From NCBI GenBank assembly GCA_964486045.1, contig CAZALK010000010.1:32001-96000 (forward strand): 64,000 nt of DNA, written 5' to 3'. Position 1 is the first letter of the stretch. Each line of letters starts with the position of its first letter. The notes under the pieces are model-generated. The model made no database searches and was not told where the DNA came from. It was given only the letters and a program-made list of their open reading frames with translations. The translations under genes were made by a program, and so were the position numbers. Positions 47,922 to 58,217 of this stretch are shown piece by piece. Source of the stretch: an uncultured archaeon (lineage in GTDB: Archaea > Asgardarchaeota > Lokiarchaeia > Sigyniarchaeales > SOKP01).

Positions 47922-48375
47922 ATTTCTTACATGCTTTTTTTTTACAAAATCTAATTTTATGTTTAATGACTATGAGTTTTTTTACCTTTTTTCAATACCC
48001 ATAAAACTTTTGGTAAAAAATCATTAAGATCTTTAAGTTTTATTGTATTTTTATATATTTGAACTAAAAATCTTATATTAGAAAATATATATAAAGTTTT
48101 TGTTATAAAAAGATGTTATTCTAATGGAAGTAACAATTGTTTTTTATCATTTTAATGTTGTTCTTATTTTATTTTGATCATCGATCTTCTAGAATTTCAC
48201 TTTTTCTAGATGCATCAACGATTTTGTACTAAAAGAGCCTTCTACCCATTTATATTTGCTAATCCTCCCTTACTTATAACAAAAGTTTAAATTTCTAAAA
48301 AAAATTACATATTAAAGGTATACAAATTTATAATAAAGCACACAAAAATAAATTTGAACACATACATTTAAGACC

Positions 48376-49062
48376 ATTACAAGAAGTGAATCAGATATAA
48401 CAACAAATAATGTAAATATAGCAAAAGAAAAGTTTTTCCAAGAAATCCAAATCGTATGCCCCAAATGTAAAAGTAATAAGGAGCTGAAAATACCTGTCAA
48501 GGTAATAAATCAAAGTAAACAACTTACAACAATCTCAATACCGTCAGGATTATGTTGTGAGCATAGTTTTCAATCGTTTGTTGATAAGAATTTTATTGTT
48601 AGGGGCTATCAAAATGTAGACTTTGAGTTTTCTCATATGGAATTATATGAAAGTAGTGATTCATCTTTAGAGGATAAAGATGATCACGGAGATAAAGCAT
48701 TGGATATTTCTTCCTTACCTATTTTTCAAGGAATACTCCAAATATTAAGAGATTGTGTAGATGATAAAGAGATATTGGGGAGTGGGATATTTAGTATTGA
48801 AGGGAAAGTTTTATACTCATCTCTCCCACAAACTACGCTATTTAATACTATCCGAGAATTTGAAGTGAGGAGTGAAAGGAACTTGGTGAGTGTAAAACAA
48901 ATGTATCTTGAATTAGAGAATAATGAAAAATTTATTTCTAAATTTATGCAAATTAATGGGAGGAAATTCAATTTGGTCTTAATGTTTTCTTTTAGGGTGA
49001 AGTTTGGCATGGGGAATTTGCATTTAAGGGATTTATTGAAGAAAATCGCGAAACTAAATTAA
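48376..49062 (+). CDS. Zn-binding domain plus roadblock/profilin-like domain protein (probable ATT/ATA start)
   Basis: Frame is open upstream of the track ATG (48637) back to a TGA at 48355 and encodes CPKC...CCEHSFQSFVDKNFIVRGYQNVDFE. The C-domain 'ILGSGIFSIEGKVLYSSLP' is roadblock-like. Confidence 0.7.
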   Translation: MTRSESDITTNNVNIAKEKFFQEIQIVCPKCKSNKELKIPVKVINQSKQLTTISIPSGLCCEHSFQSFVDKNFIVRGYQNVDFEFSHMELYESSDSSLEDKDDHGDKALDISSLPIFQGILQILRDCVDDKEILGSGIFSIEGKVLYSSLPQTTLFNTIREFEVRSERNLVSVKQMYLELENNEKFISKFMQINGRKFNLVLMFSFRVKFGMGNLHLRDLLKKIAKLN

Positions 49063-49428
49063 ATTATAGCATTAAAAGTAAAAAAATCCTGATTTAAAAT
49101 TTTTTAATTCACTAATTACCCCTAATTCTGGGTTTTTTCCCATTATGACTCACAGAAATACCAATGTTACTCACAAATAAGAATTTGAGTTGGTTTCTTG
49201 ATAAAAATCAATAGTACAAGTTACTATCATTTTTATTAAAACTCTAAAAAAGTTTATCAAAATTCTATATACGTCAAATATTTTGCCTTCAAAATGATTT
49301 CAAAAAATTAGCAAAGAGTTATTTGTATGTAAACACGTTTTTTGAAAATATAAACCGAAATCATTTAAATATGGAAGTATAATATACAATTAAATAAATA
49401 AATTTGAATATAAAAGAGAAAAAAAGAT

Positions 49429-49683
49429 ATGCTTATAAGAGAGGAGGATATTAATAGGAAAATCCATACTGTCAAAAATATTTTAGACAATGTGTATGAG
49501 ATCCTTTCGTTATTTAAGCCTTTAATGGAAAAAATGCTTAAAATGGATGAAGCAAACCAATATAAGGTTAACGGCACTTTTGAAAAGGCAGCCTCCTTAT
49601 TTGGCAATATTTCCGATTTATGTATGGAAATAGAGGAAAGTTCTTTACCAACAAGTGCTTTTCTAGAAAGCTTAGGAAACTAA
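49429..49683 (+). CDS. Small helical hypothetical protein
   Basis: 84 aa ORF with ATG start, amphipathic helices. Confidence 0.6.
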   Translation: MLIREEDINRKIHTVKNILDNVYEILSLFKPLMEKMLKMDEANQYKVNGTFEKAASLFGNISDLCMEIEESSLPTSAFLESLGN

Positions 49684-49874
49684 ATTTCTAGAGAATTTCT
49701 TAATCTTTCACTAGAATACTTGAGGGTATTGTTAGTATATCAATTAGATTTTAATTTTTCATTATTCCAACCAACAAAAAAAGCACCTGTTACTTTCATT
49801 TTACTAACTTCTTAGGCTAACTGGTTAATATTTAACTAAAATCTAATTTTCAAATATCCCAAATAGCTTAAAAA

Positions 49875-49975
49875 TGCGCCCGCCGGGATTTTCCCTAGGA
49901 ATCAAATTGATTCAAAGAATTGAACCCGGGACGCTGACTTGGGAAGCCAGCATATTACCACTATACTACGAGCGC
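49875..49975 (-). tRNA. tRNA-Gly(CCC) with a T-loop intron (~49890-49919)
   Basis: GCGCTCG/CGGGCGC+A acceptor; CTGGC-TTCCCAA-GTCAG anticodon arm; CCGGG-TTCAA[intron]AT-CCCGG. Confidence 0.9.
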
Positions 49976-50312
49976 TCAATAGTTAAAAAATTATGTTTTT
50001 TCGGTTAATATTAACGTAATATTTATTATAATAATCCGAAATATTAATTAAAATTTTTTGATTTAATAGGATAAGATTATTTCGCATAAGAAGTAAGAGC
50101 AAATGTCCTATTTTAATAAAATTATATTCAATCCCAAAAAATTGATGTTATGAGGTACTAAATGAAGAAATGAGGGGATTAAATTTCACAATAAAATTCT
50201 TAAAAACTTTATTGCTTTATTTTTCGAAATCTTTATTTTGACTCGGATTTTCACAAAGATTTAATTTTTAGCGTTTGAATATAAGTCTTAATTATAATTT
50301 CAAAAATCCATT

Positions 50313-50963
50313 ATGGAAAAATTAGAACTGATCATAGAAACACTTAACCGTCATATCCCAATAAGGATCTTTGGCTTATTTTCTATCTCATTCGGAATTA
50401 TAGGGGACCTGGTTGCGTATTCAATGTATCCCGGGTATGACATAACAAGAAATGCGGTAAGTGCATTATGTGATGGATCTGGTGGAGTGCTTTTTCAGAT
50501 AGGTATTGTCTTATCTGGAATTTTTGCATTTTTCTTTACGATTTATCTAGGAAATACGTTTAGTAATGAAATTGTGAGTCAAAAACTCAGAAAAATCTCA
50601 ATACAGTTTGCAATTATTTCTTGTGTTAGTTTTATATCTTTAGGAGCCTTCTGCGGTACAAATTTGATAATAGCTCTAATCCATGGTACTTCTGCTATAA
50701 TAAGCTGGGGATTTGGTTTTTGTTACATCACCCTTTATAACATCTTAATGTTTAGGGATCCTAAATATTCAAAATATCTTAGTTATTTCGGTTTTTTTGT
50801 TTCATCTATAATTGCAACGTTGATTACTATATTTTTCTTACACCTTATACCAACTTTGAGGCAACTCATGGTTTTCCTCCCAATTCTTGAGTGGATCAAC
50901 ACTTTTACAGTTATCCTATGGTATTTCATAATCTCAATTTATATGATAAACAAAAAAATTTGA
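50313..50963 (+). CDS. DUF998/Frag1-DRAM-Sfk1-like membrane protein
   Basis: 'YPGYD...AVSAL', a conserved H in TM4 and 'EW' in the last TM. Confidence 0.7.
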   Translation: MEKLELIIETLNRHIPIRIFGLFSISFGIIGDLVAYSMYPGYDITRNAVSALCDGSGGVLFQIGIVLSGIFAFFFTIYLGNTFSNEIVSQKLRKISIQFAIISCVSFISLGAFCGTNLIIALIHGTSAIISWGFGFCYITLYNILMFRDPKYSKYLSYFGFFVSSIIATLITIFFLHLIPTLRQLMVFLPILEWINTFTVILWYFIISIYMINKKI

Positions 50964-51052
50964 TTTCTCGAAACAAAATATTTCTTTATGAAAGAGTTCT
51001 ATGAAATTTATTATGCAAATTTTTATTAGGAATAAAGCGTAGTGAGATAATT

Positions 51053-51745
51053 ATGAGAAAGTTTAATCAATTCTTTGACAAACTTTTCAGTATTATCCCT
51101 GGATACATATTTGGCTTGTTAGCATTCACAATTGGATTTTTAGGGGATATAGTGGCGTTATTATTATCTCCAGAATATCAAATGTGGAGGAATTCTATTA
51201 GCATGTTAGGTCTTGCAACGGGGGGGATTTATTTACGATTAGGCTTGATAATCTCTAATATTTTTGCGATCCCTTTTGTTATTTATTTTGGAAGAGTATT
51301 AAAAGATGAAAATGTAAACGAATTTGTAAGGAAACTCGCAATAGGATGTGGAATTTTTACTTCTGTAAGTGTTATATTAACAGGAGCTTTCACAGGTAGA
51401 GGGGTGTTTCTTGATACTATGCATGGTGTATTTGCGCTTTTGAGTTTTATTGGCGGAGCAATTTTTTGTTCACTTTACACATTTTTAGTCGTTAAAAATA
51501 GAAAATTCTCAAAATCGATCTTCTATATTGGTTTTATTATTAGTGGAATCATAGTCTCTTATTTAATACCATTCTTCATAACGAGTTTTTGCGACTTATT
51601 TCAAAATATCTGTTACTCTCTTGGGGTGGCTATATACATAATAATGCCAACTTATGAGTGGACTGGGATTTTTGCCATATTATTCTGGTATTTAACTAAT
51701 TCGATATATATAATGAGAAAAAAGATTGATTTTGTGAAAGAATAG
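51053..51745 (+). CDS. DUF998-like membrane protein, tandem paralogue
   Basis: 'PEY...NSISMLG', 'MHG.FA', 'YEW'. Confidence 0.7.
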   Translation: MRKFNQFFDKLFSIIPGYIFGLLAFTIGFLGDIVALLLSPEYQMWRNSISMLGLATGGIYLRLGLIISNIFAIPFVIYFGRVLKDENVNEFVRKLAIGCGIFTSVSVILTGAFTGRGVFLDTMHGVFALLSFIGGAIFCSLYTFLVVKNRKFSKSIFYIGFIISGIIVSYLIPFFITSFCDLFQNICYSLGVAIYIIMPTYEWTGIFAILFWYLTNSIYIMRKKIDFVKE

Positions 51746-51781
51746 AGTTTTTTTAATTTAATAACCTTAGTGGAGGATTAA

Positions 51782-52456
51782 ATGGATTCTATAGATTTTG
51801 TAAGAGATATAAATATAGAACAAACGGATGCTCTCATAGTTATTGACATCCAAAATGATTTTATCCCAGGAGGAGCTTTACCCGTGGAGGAGGGTGATTT
51901 AATAATCAATAGAATTAATGAAGTTGCAGATCTTTTCAAAAAAGTAAGCAGGAATGTGATATTGACTCAAGATTGGCACCCTTCAGGACATCTATCTTTT
52001 GCGAGTAGTCATCCAGGGATGAATCCTGGTGATGAATATCATTCTATGGATAGTGCTATAGGTCCGGTTCTTTGGCCTGATCATTGTGTTCAAGGAACTC
52101 ATGGTGCTAAATTTCATGAAAACTTAGATTTAAACCTAGCTAGCATTATTCTAAGGAAGGGAAGGAACCCAAAAGTTGATAGCTATTCTGCCTTTCTTGA
52201 AAATGATAAAAAAACAGAGACTGGTTTAGCAGGATATTTAAAATCTAATAATGTTAAGCGTATTTTTGTTTGTGGATTAGCTCTTGATTACTGTTGCTAT
52301 TTTTCTGCTATGGATGCTGTTGATTTAGGATTTAATACATATTTTATAATGGATTTAACCAGAGGAATTGATCTACCCCCAGGAAATATATTAAATTCAA
52401 TAGAAAATATGAAGAAAAAAGGGATCAAATTTACCAATCAGGGGAATTTCAAATAA
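51782..52456 (+). CDS. pncA: Nicotinamidase/pyrazinamidase
   Basis: 'DIQNDFIPGGAL', 'QDWHP', 'WPDHCVQGT', 'KG...DSYSAF', 'GLALDYC'. Confidence 0.95.
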   Translation: MDSIDFVRDINIEQTDALIVIDIQNDFIPGGALPVEEGDLIINRINEVADLFKKVSRNVILTQDWHPSGHLSFASSHPGMNPGDEYHSMDSAIGPVLWPDHCVQGTHGAKFHENLDLNLASIILRKGRNPKVDSYSAFLENDKKTETGLAGYLKSNNVKRIFVCGLALDYCCYFSAMDAVDLGFNTYFIMDLTRGIDLPPGNILNSIENMKKKGIKFTNQGNFK

Positions 52457-52492
52457 TAATAGTTATTTTATATCTTTCTTTTCAATCAAATA

Positions 52493-52972
52493 ATGGAAAA
52501 AAAGTTTCCCTATAAGTCAATTTTAGTTGTATGTAGTGTCAACACTGCTAGAAGTGTCATGTGTGAGGGTTTCTTAAAGGATTTCTTTCTTAAGCATAAT
52601 CTGAATGTCAAGGTTAATTCTGGGGGAATTTCATCTTACGCTAGAGATGGGATGTTAATATCGATGGATGCCAAATTAGCGATGAGGGAGATAGGATTAA
52701 AATTATCAGAAGATTATTTATCAAAGGATTTAAAAAAGCATCCAGAATTAATTAAAGGAACAGATTTGATTCTTACATTAACAGATAAACATAAAGAAGA
52801 AATTAATGCCTTCTACAATCTCAATAGTATAGAGATTTTAACTTTAAAAGAATTTGCTGGAGAAAATGGAGACATCAGGGATCCTAGCATGAAAGAGCTT
52901 GAAGGATTTAGAATAGCACGAGATGAAATATATAGGTGTTTAATAGAAGGTTTACAAAAATATACGTTTTAA
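52493..52972 (+). CDS. Low-molecular-weight protein tyrosine/arginine phosphatase family
   Basis: P-loop CSVNTARS and 'DIRDP'. Confidence 0.88.
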   Translation: MEKKFPYKSILVVCSVNTARSVMCEGFLKDFFLKHNLNVKVNSGGISSYARDGMLISMDAKLAMREIGLKLSEDYLSKDLKKHPELIKGTDLILTLTDKHKEEINAFYNLNSIEILTLKEFAGENGDIRDPSMKELEGFRIARDEIYRCLIEGLQKYTF

Positions 52973-52975
52973 AAA

Positions 52976-53821
52976 ATGATAGAGTATCTAATTATTGCAG
53001 TTCTCCAAGGATTATTTGAATGGCTCCCTATCTCATCATCGGGGCAAACTATGATTGTAGCCACAAACTTCTTTGGTATTTCTTCAGAGAATGCTTATAG
53101 TCTTGCAATTTGGTTGCATTTAGGAACAACTTTTGCAGTTTTACTAAAATTTAGAAAAAATTCCATTAAGATACTAAAAACATTAACTCATAAAGAAAAT
53201 GAATTCAATAAAATCGCTTTTAAAGAAAGAAATTGGATAATTTGGGCTACAATAGGGACGGGAATTACTGCTATTCCTCTTTATTTGTTGTTTAAAATAA
53301 TATTTTTAGAGTCCTTTACTGCTTTTCAAGGAGATTTTATAACACTCTTTATTTCTGGTTTATTAATAATTACTGGGGCAATTTTAATAGCAACGAGAAA
53401 AATTTATGGGAATCAGGAAATAGAGCATACTTCTAAAAAGATCATACAAAAAGATAGTTTTCTGTCAGGTCTTGTTCAAGGAGTTTCGATCTTACCGGGG
53501 ATATCTCGCTCTGGTGTCACTGTTGGTGCAATTTTATTAGAAAAGTACAACCAGGATGATGCGCTCAGGTTAAGTTTTTTAATGTCTGTCCCTGTCGCTA
53601 TTGCTTCTATATTAGTTGATATTATGTTAAGTAAAGGGTCAATCTTTGGAACTTTAGACATTCTTACTATTCTAATAACAACAATCGTAAGTTTTGTGGT
53701 GGGGTATTTAACAATTGAATTTTTATTTAGAATAGCACGGCAAATTAATTTTGGGTATTTTTGCATTTTATATGGAGTAATAGCCTATTTAATTATTGTG
53801 CCTTTTTTGGTTATCGCTTAG
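52976..53821 (+). CDS. uppP: Undecaprenyl/polyprenyl-diphosphate phosphatase (BacA family)
   Basis: 'QGLFEWLPISSSG', 'HLGT', 'PGISRSG.T', 'SFLMS.P'. Confidence 0.9.
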   Translation: MIEYLIIAVLQGLFEWLPISSSGQTMIVATNFFGISSENAYSLAIWLHLGTTFAVLLKFRKNSIKILKTLTHKENEFNKIAFKERNWIIWATIGTGITAIPLYLLFKIIFLESFTAFQGDFITLFISGLLIITGAILIATRKIYGNQEIEHTSKKIIQKDSFLSGLVQGVSILPGISRSGVTVGAILLEKYNQDDALRLSFLMSVPVAIASILVDIMLSKGSIFGTLDILTILITTIVSFVVGYLTIEFLFRIARQINFGYFCILYGVIAYLIIVPFLVIA

Positions 53822-54711
53822 ACGATTAAGGTATAACTTTCAATGTACTCTTTTAACTCCTTTTCAATATTAGGAATACCCCTAAAACTTGGAAAATCAT
53901 TCAGATCTACAATATAAAATTTTGATTTATCTCGTGGGCATACCAAATCAAATCCAAAAATCTTAAGATTTAACTCAGATGATAAAATTTTTGAGAAGTG
54001 CTTGATCTCTTCATTAACTTCAAATCTTTCTCGTTTAAGCTTACTCACGTCAATCGTATCTGGTTTTTCTCTTAAATAAAGATAAATAGGATTCTCTCTT
54101 TTTATCCCAAAAACCTTATCTCCTATTACATAAATTTTTATCTCAAATCCATCACATTCAATGAATTGTTGAATATATACATCATAAGAGAGGAATTGTT
54201 TATATTTTTCGCAGAATTTATCAACATCATCAATTTTTTGAACAAGAAAATTAAATCTGTTATATTTTTCATGTTGGTTATGACTTTTAATAACAATAGG
54301 CAATTTCGATAAAGCCCATTCCTTAAATTTGTTTACATCTGTTAAAGATTGGTTCCATGAATTAGGCATTAGAAACTCCTCCAAAGTACCTTTGTGCTTT
54401 TCTAATACTTTTCTTATTGAATAATCAAGAGCTATTTTATTTTTACAAACTAAAACAGTATCTACATCATGGAGAGTTGGTAAATTATAAAGTTTAGCAA
54501 AATGTAATAAATCAATTGAGCATTCATTTCTAACCTTTACAACGATTAGATCTGCATCTTTTACCGATTGAGTCATATCTGATAAGGAGAAGAAATCTTT
54601 AGTCGGGTCATGGTGTACCAATTCAACTGTTTTGGCAAGTTTAAGACTATTTATGACTTCTTTAATGACATTATGATTTTGAATAACTGAAAAAAAGATT
54701 TTTTTTACCAT
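53818..54711 (-). CDS. ATP-grasp protein, ITPK1-like inositol phosphate kinase candidate
   Basis: 'QQFI...IKIYVIGD...R', 'FGFDL...YIVDLNDFPSFRG'. Likely start is the ATG at 54711 (MVKKIFFS); the track start at 54861 is doubtful. Confidence 0.75.
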   Translation of the reverse strand: MVKKIFFSVIQNHNVIKEVINSLKLAKTVELVHHDPTKDFFSLSDMTQSVKDADLIVVKVRNECSIDLLHFAKLYNLPTLHDVDTVLVCKNKIALDYSIRKVLEKHKGTLEEFLMPNSWNQSLTDVNKFKEWALSKLPIVIKSHNQHEKYNRFNFLVQKIDDVDKFCEKYKQFLSYDVYIQQFIECDGFEIKIYVIGDKVFGIKRENPIYLYLREKPDTIDVSKLKRERFEVNEEIKHFSKILSSELNLKIFGFDLVCPRDKSKFYIVDLNDFPSFRGIPNIEKELKEYIESYTLIV

Positions 54712-55173
54712 AATTATCAATAAAAAAGGGGAATATGTTCTTAAATTTATCAGTTCCAAATGGAATATTTCGCTTATCTTTAAAAACTTGCTGATTATTA
54801 GATCGCTTTGCTCTCCCTCAGGTTGAATTTCATTTAACTTCGTCATCTCCATAAGCACCAATTAGAACATGAAATACATTATATTCGCCTAAGAAGTCAC
54901 CCCTTTTAAAATTATCAAATGATAATTTATTTAAAAATTTAATAAATTTTATCAATCTTTTTAATTAGTCAGCAAATCTGACATTCATTTAAATAGTATT
55001 TAAATAGGATACTTTAATATAAACAATAATATGGCTGATAAAATTGTCAGAATTTCGAATTATTTATAAGGTAGAAAGGATAGAAAACATAATATAAAAA
55101 ATAAGGAAAAATTATATAATAAGATTTACAATCAACAGATTTAATTTTTAAAAATTATTATTAGTCAAATTTT

Positions 55174-56268
55174 ATGACGGGATCTGAAATTAGGGTTGCT
55201 ATAGTCGGTGTAGGAGATGTTTGCTCCGCGCTCGTTCAAGGAACGGAGAATTACAAGGATAACCCAGAAAAAATTATTGGTTTACTCCCAGAAATAACCC
55301 AATATGATATCAATGATGTTAATTTTGTTGTTGGTTTTGACGTTAACTCAAATAAAGTTGGAAGAGATTTAAGTGAAGCAATATTTGTTTCACCAAATTG
55401 CAACACGAAACTGTATCATCCAGATTTTGTAAATGCCCCTATATTAAAAGGACCCGTATTGGATGGATTAGACAGCAATATTAAAAATATAGTTCCTGTT
55501 TCTGAAAACCAAATTGCTGTTGATGTTTCCCAAGAAATGAAAATACGGGATGTAGATGTAACAGTAATATTACTCCCTACTGGAAGTCATAAAGCCGTAA
55601 AATTTTATGCCTTAGCAGCTATTGACGCTGGAGCAAGTATAATTAATGGGATGCCGTCTCCTGTTGTTAATGATCCAGAGATTGTAAAAAAAGCAGAGGC
55701 TCAAAACCTTTCACTAATAGGAGATGATGTTAAATCTCAAGTTGGGGCAACAATAATTCATCGATCTCTTGCGAATCTTTTTCCCATGAGAGGAGCGATT
55801 TTGGATAAAACAATCCAGTTAGATTGGGGTGGATGTAGTGATTTCTACAACTTATTAACCCCCATGCCAAACGGTGAGTTAAGATACGAGATGGGAAAAC
55901 GTCAATCAAAAACTGAAGCAGTTATCGCTAATCTTCCAAACAAAGATACTGTGGAATGTCAGATTTCTGCTGTGGATTACATACCTTTTTTAAAAAATCA
56001 AAAAGAAGCATATATGAGACTGGAAGGAAGAATTTTTGGGGGTGCGTCAGTTCGTGTAGATATTACTATGTTTGTGGAAGATGGTAATAATTCTGCCGGG
56101 ATAATTGCGGATTGTATTAGGATTTCAAAGATTGGAAAAGATAGAAACATCGGTGGTGTATTACAATCAGCCTGCTCGTTTTTTATGAAACATCCACTGG
56201 AGCAATTGGAGGATTACATTGCGAAGAAATATCTCTCAGAATTTATAGAGAATAAAAAAGAGAGATAA
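55174..56268 (+). CDS. ino1: myo-Inositol-1-phosphate synthase
   Basis: 'VAIVGVG', 'LLPTGS', 'GDDVKSQVGATIIHR', 'QLDWGG..DF.N', 'K..SKT', 'D..NSAG'. Confidence 0.92.
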   Translation: MTGSEIRVAIVGVGDVCSALVQGTENYKDNPEKIIGLLPEITQYDINDVNFVVGFDVNSNKVGRDLSEAIFVSPNCNTKLYHPDFVNAPILKGPVLDGLDSNIKNIVPVSENQIAVDVSQEMKIRDVDVTVILLPTGSHKAVKFYALAAIDAGASIINGMPSPVVNDPEIVKKAEAQNLSLIGDDVKSQVGATIIHRSLANLFPMRGAILDKTIQLDWGGCSDFYNLLTPMPNGELRYEMGKRQSKTEAVIANLPNKDTVECQISAVDYIPFLKNQKEAYMRLEGRIFGGASVRVDITMFVEDGNNSAGIIADCIRISKIGKDRNIGGVLQSACSFFMKHPLEQLEDYIAKKYLSEFIENKKER

Positions 56269-56300
56269 AGTGAAAATAGCTAATAGTAATTGGTTTACCC

Positions 56301-57209
56301 CTAAACTGTCGCGGGAGTTTTAAATCGTACTTGTTGCATAATAACTACGTTATAGATATAATCAGATATTAAACTCACAGCTTCAGGAATTCTTCTAAAA
56401 CTTGGGAAATCATTAACATCGATAATGTAAGGTATTCCATCTTTTGTTCGAATATAATCTACACCAAAAATAGACATCCCTATTCTACGTCCTAGACGTA
56501 AAATTCTTCTTTTTAGTTTTTTTTCAATTGGAACACGGATGTGAATTAAATCTAAAGGAGTTAAATTCTGTTTTTGGAGCAACCGGTTATGTGATGTAAT
56601 AGAGACCACCCATCTATCTATTACGTATACCTTATAAATCAGATCAAATTCTCCTAAGTAATTTTGAATAAATAATGGTTTTTCTTGATGATACTTAACC
56701 AGTTTCTTTAATTGATCTGGACTTCTTGCAATTCCAATAATTCGATCATTTTTAGGTAGATTTGGTATGTTATGAGTGTCAAGTTTAATAATAACAGCCT
56801 TTTTATTGACACATACATCAAAAGCTTCATCAAGAGATGAACATGTTTCTGGAATAGTCAATTTATTATGTTTTTGTTCGATAAACTTAAATGTTTCAGT
56901 TCTACTTTCGCATAACTTAACTGATTCAAAACTATTTAACCAGGGAATATTAGGTGCTATATCTTTAACTATGCTATATATTCTCTGATTTTTTTTCTCT
57001 GATAAAAGCTTAACAATAAATAACGAAATTGGGTATTTTTTTAATTTTTTCTTTAAATACTTGGCATTAAAGGAATTGGAATCCTTTTTTAAAAGATTGA
57101 TTATTGAGATATTATAGTTCTTGTTACAGAAATTTTTGATTTTCTTACAAATTTCGAGATCCCTGTTCCAAATAGCGCCAACATAAATTGTATTGAGTTT
57201 ACCTGACAC
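56301..57209 (-). CDS. ATP-grasp protein, ITPK1-like inositol phosphate kinase candidate
   Basis: 'FIQNYL....YKVYVID', 'IFGVDY...YIIDVNDFPSF'. Confidence 0.75.
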   Translation of the reverse strand: MSGKLNTIYVGAIWNRDLEICKKIKNFCNKNYNISIINLLKKDSNSFNAKYLKKKLKKYPISLFIVKLLSEKKNQRIYSIVKDIAPNIPWLNSFESVKLCESRTETFKFIEQKHNKLTIPETCSSLDEAFDVCVNKKAVIIKLDTHNIPNLPKNDRIIGIARSPDQLKKLVKYHQEKPLFIQNYLGEFDLIYKVYVIDRWVVSITSHNRLLQKQNLTPLDLIHIRVPIEKKLKRRILRLGRRIGMSIFGVDYIRTKDGIPYIIDVNDFPSFRRIPEAVSLISDYIYNVVIMQQVRFKTPATV

Positions 57210-57391
57210 TCTAAAAACCCTATTTATTTGATAAACTATTTATAAATTATGGTATATAAATTTATTGATTCTATGCGAACAGCTTGTTATTATGTTTTAA
57301 AATCAAGATGTTTTTAGGATGTAAATTATAATATTCAATCAGCAAAAAATTTAATAAAATTGCTTGGTTTAAGGCAAATAAGGGAATTCTA

Positions 57392-58210
57392 GTGAAAAAA
57401 ATTGGGATAATTATTGATAAATACCATTTAAATAATAAAGTCACTAGTTTCTTAGAATATTTAAAATCAATAGCAAAAGTTAAGTTATACGTAGAAGAAT
57501 CATATTTTTTAATAAGTTCGAGTCACCAGTTTGATGAGGATATATTTTTCCTTAAAGGAAAAGGTGATATAATTTTAAGTTTAGCAAAATTAATTGAAGA
57601 GCATACTACTATTCCTGTAATAAATTCCTTTAAAGCAACCTGTTTAGCTATTAACAGGTTCCTAAATAGTACATACTTAAGAAAAGCAGGAATCCCTGTA
57701 CCTGATTTTTCTTTAAATCCTGACGGAACATCACCACCATTTAAAGATTATATTATTAAAAACATCGTTGATCAAGGAGTCTACAAATTTAACCCAATAA
57801 TAATTGAAAAAGATGGGAATACAAGAGTAGCCGATAAAAGAGCATTGGATGAAGTTAATGGAAAAGAACATCAATATAACTTCCTTTATTATCAGAAATT
57901 TATCAAGAGTAAATGGGAATATAAGATCTATGGCATAGGTGAGAATATTTATTATTATAAACAACTACCTGTTCTGGTAAATCCTATTAAAACTGATTCA
58001 CGGCAAAAAATAGATGAGATTTCAGACTTAGAGGAATATTGTTTAAAAGCAATGGAAATAATGGATATAAAAATTACTTCCCTTGATTTTCATAAAGATC
58101 AGGATGATAAATTTTTTCTCACAGATATAAATTGCACTCCTAATTTTAACTATATGAGAAATGGTTATAAAATTGTAGCAGATTATTTATTAAAAGAAGC
58201 AAAAAATTAA
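57392..58210 (+). CDS. ATP-grasp protein (ITPK1/RimK-like)
   Basis: 'PVINS...NRF...LRKAGIPVP', 'QKFI...EYKIYGIG', 'TDINCTPNF'. Confidence 0.72.
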   Translation: MKKIGIIIDKYHLNNKVTSFLEYLKSIAKVKLYVEESYFLISSSHQFDEDIFFLKGKGDIILSLAKLIEEHTTIPVINSFKATCLAINRFLNSTYLRKAGIPVPDFSLNPDGTSPPFKDYIIKNIVDQGVYKFNPIIIEKDGNTRVADKRALDEVNGKEHQYNFLYYQKFIKSKWEYKIYGIGENIYYYKQLPVLVNPIKTDSRQKIDEISDLEEYCLKAMEIMDIKITSLDFHKDQDDKFFLTDINCTPNFNYMRNGYKIVADYLLKEAKN

Positions 58211-58217
58211 CGGTTAA

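Noticed and set aside
48312-48500. 62-aa minus-strand ORF in the che promoter region
   Set aside because: It overlaps the better-supported plus-strand Zn-domain extension of 48376..49062.
30612-49975. che region as a tRNA-Gly-integrated genomic island
   Set aside because: No integrase, and no duplicated tRNA 3' end (att site) was found by eye; composition resembles the flanks.
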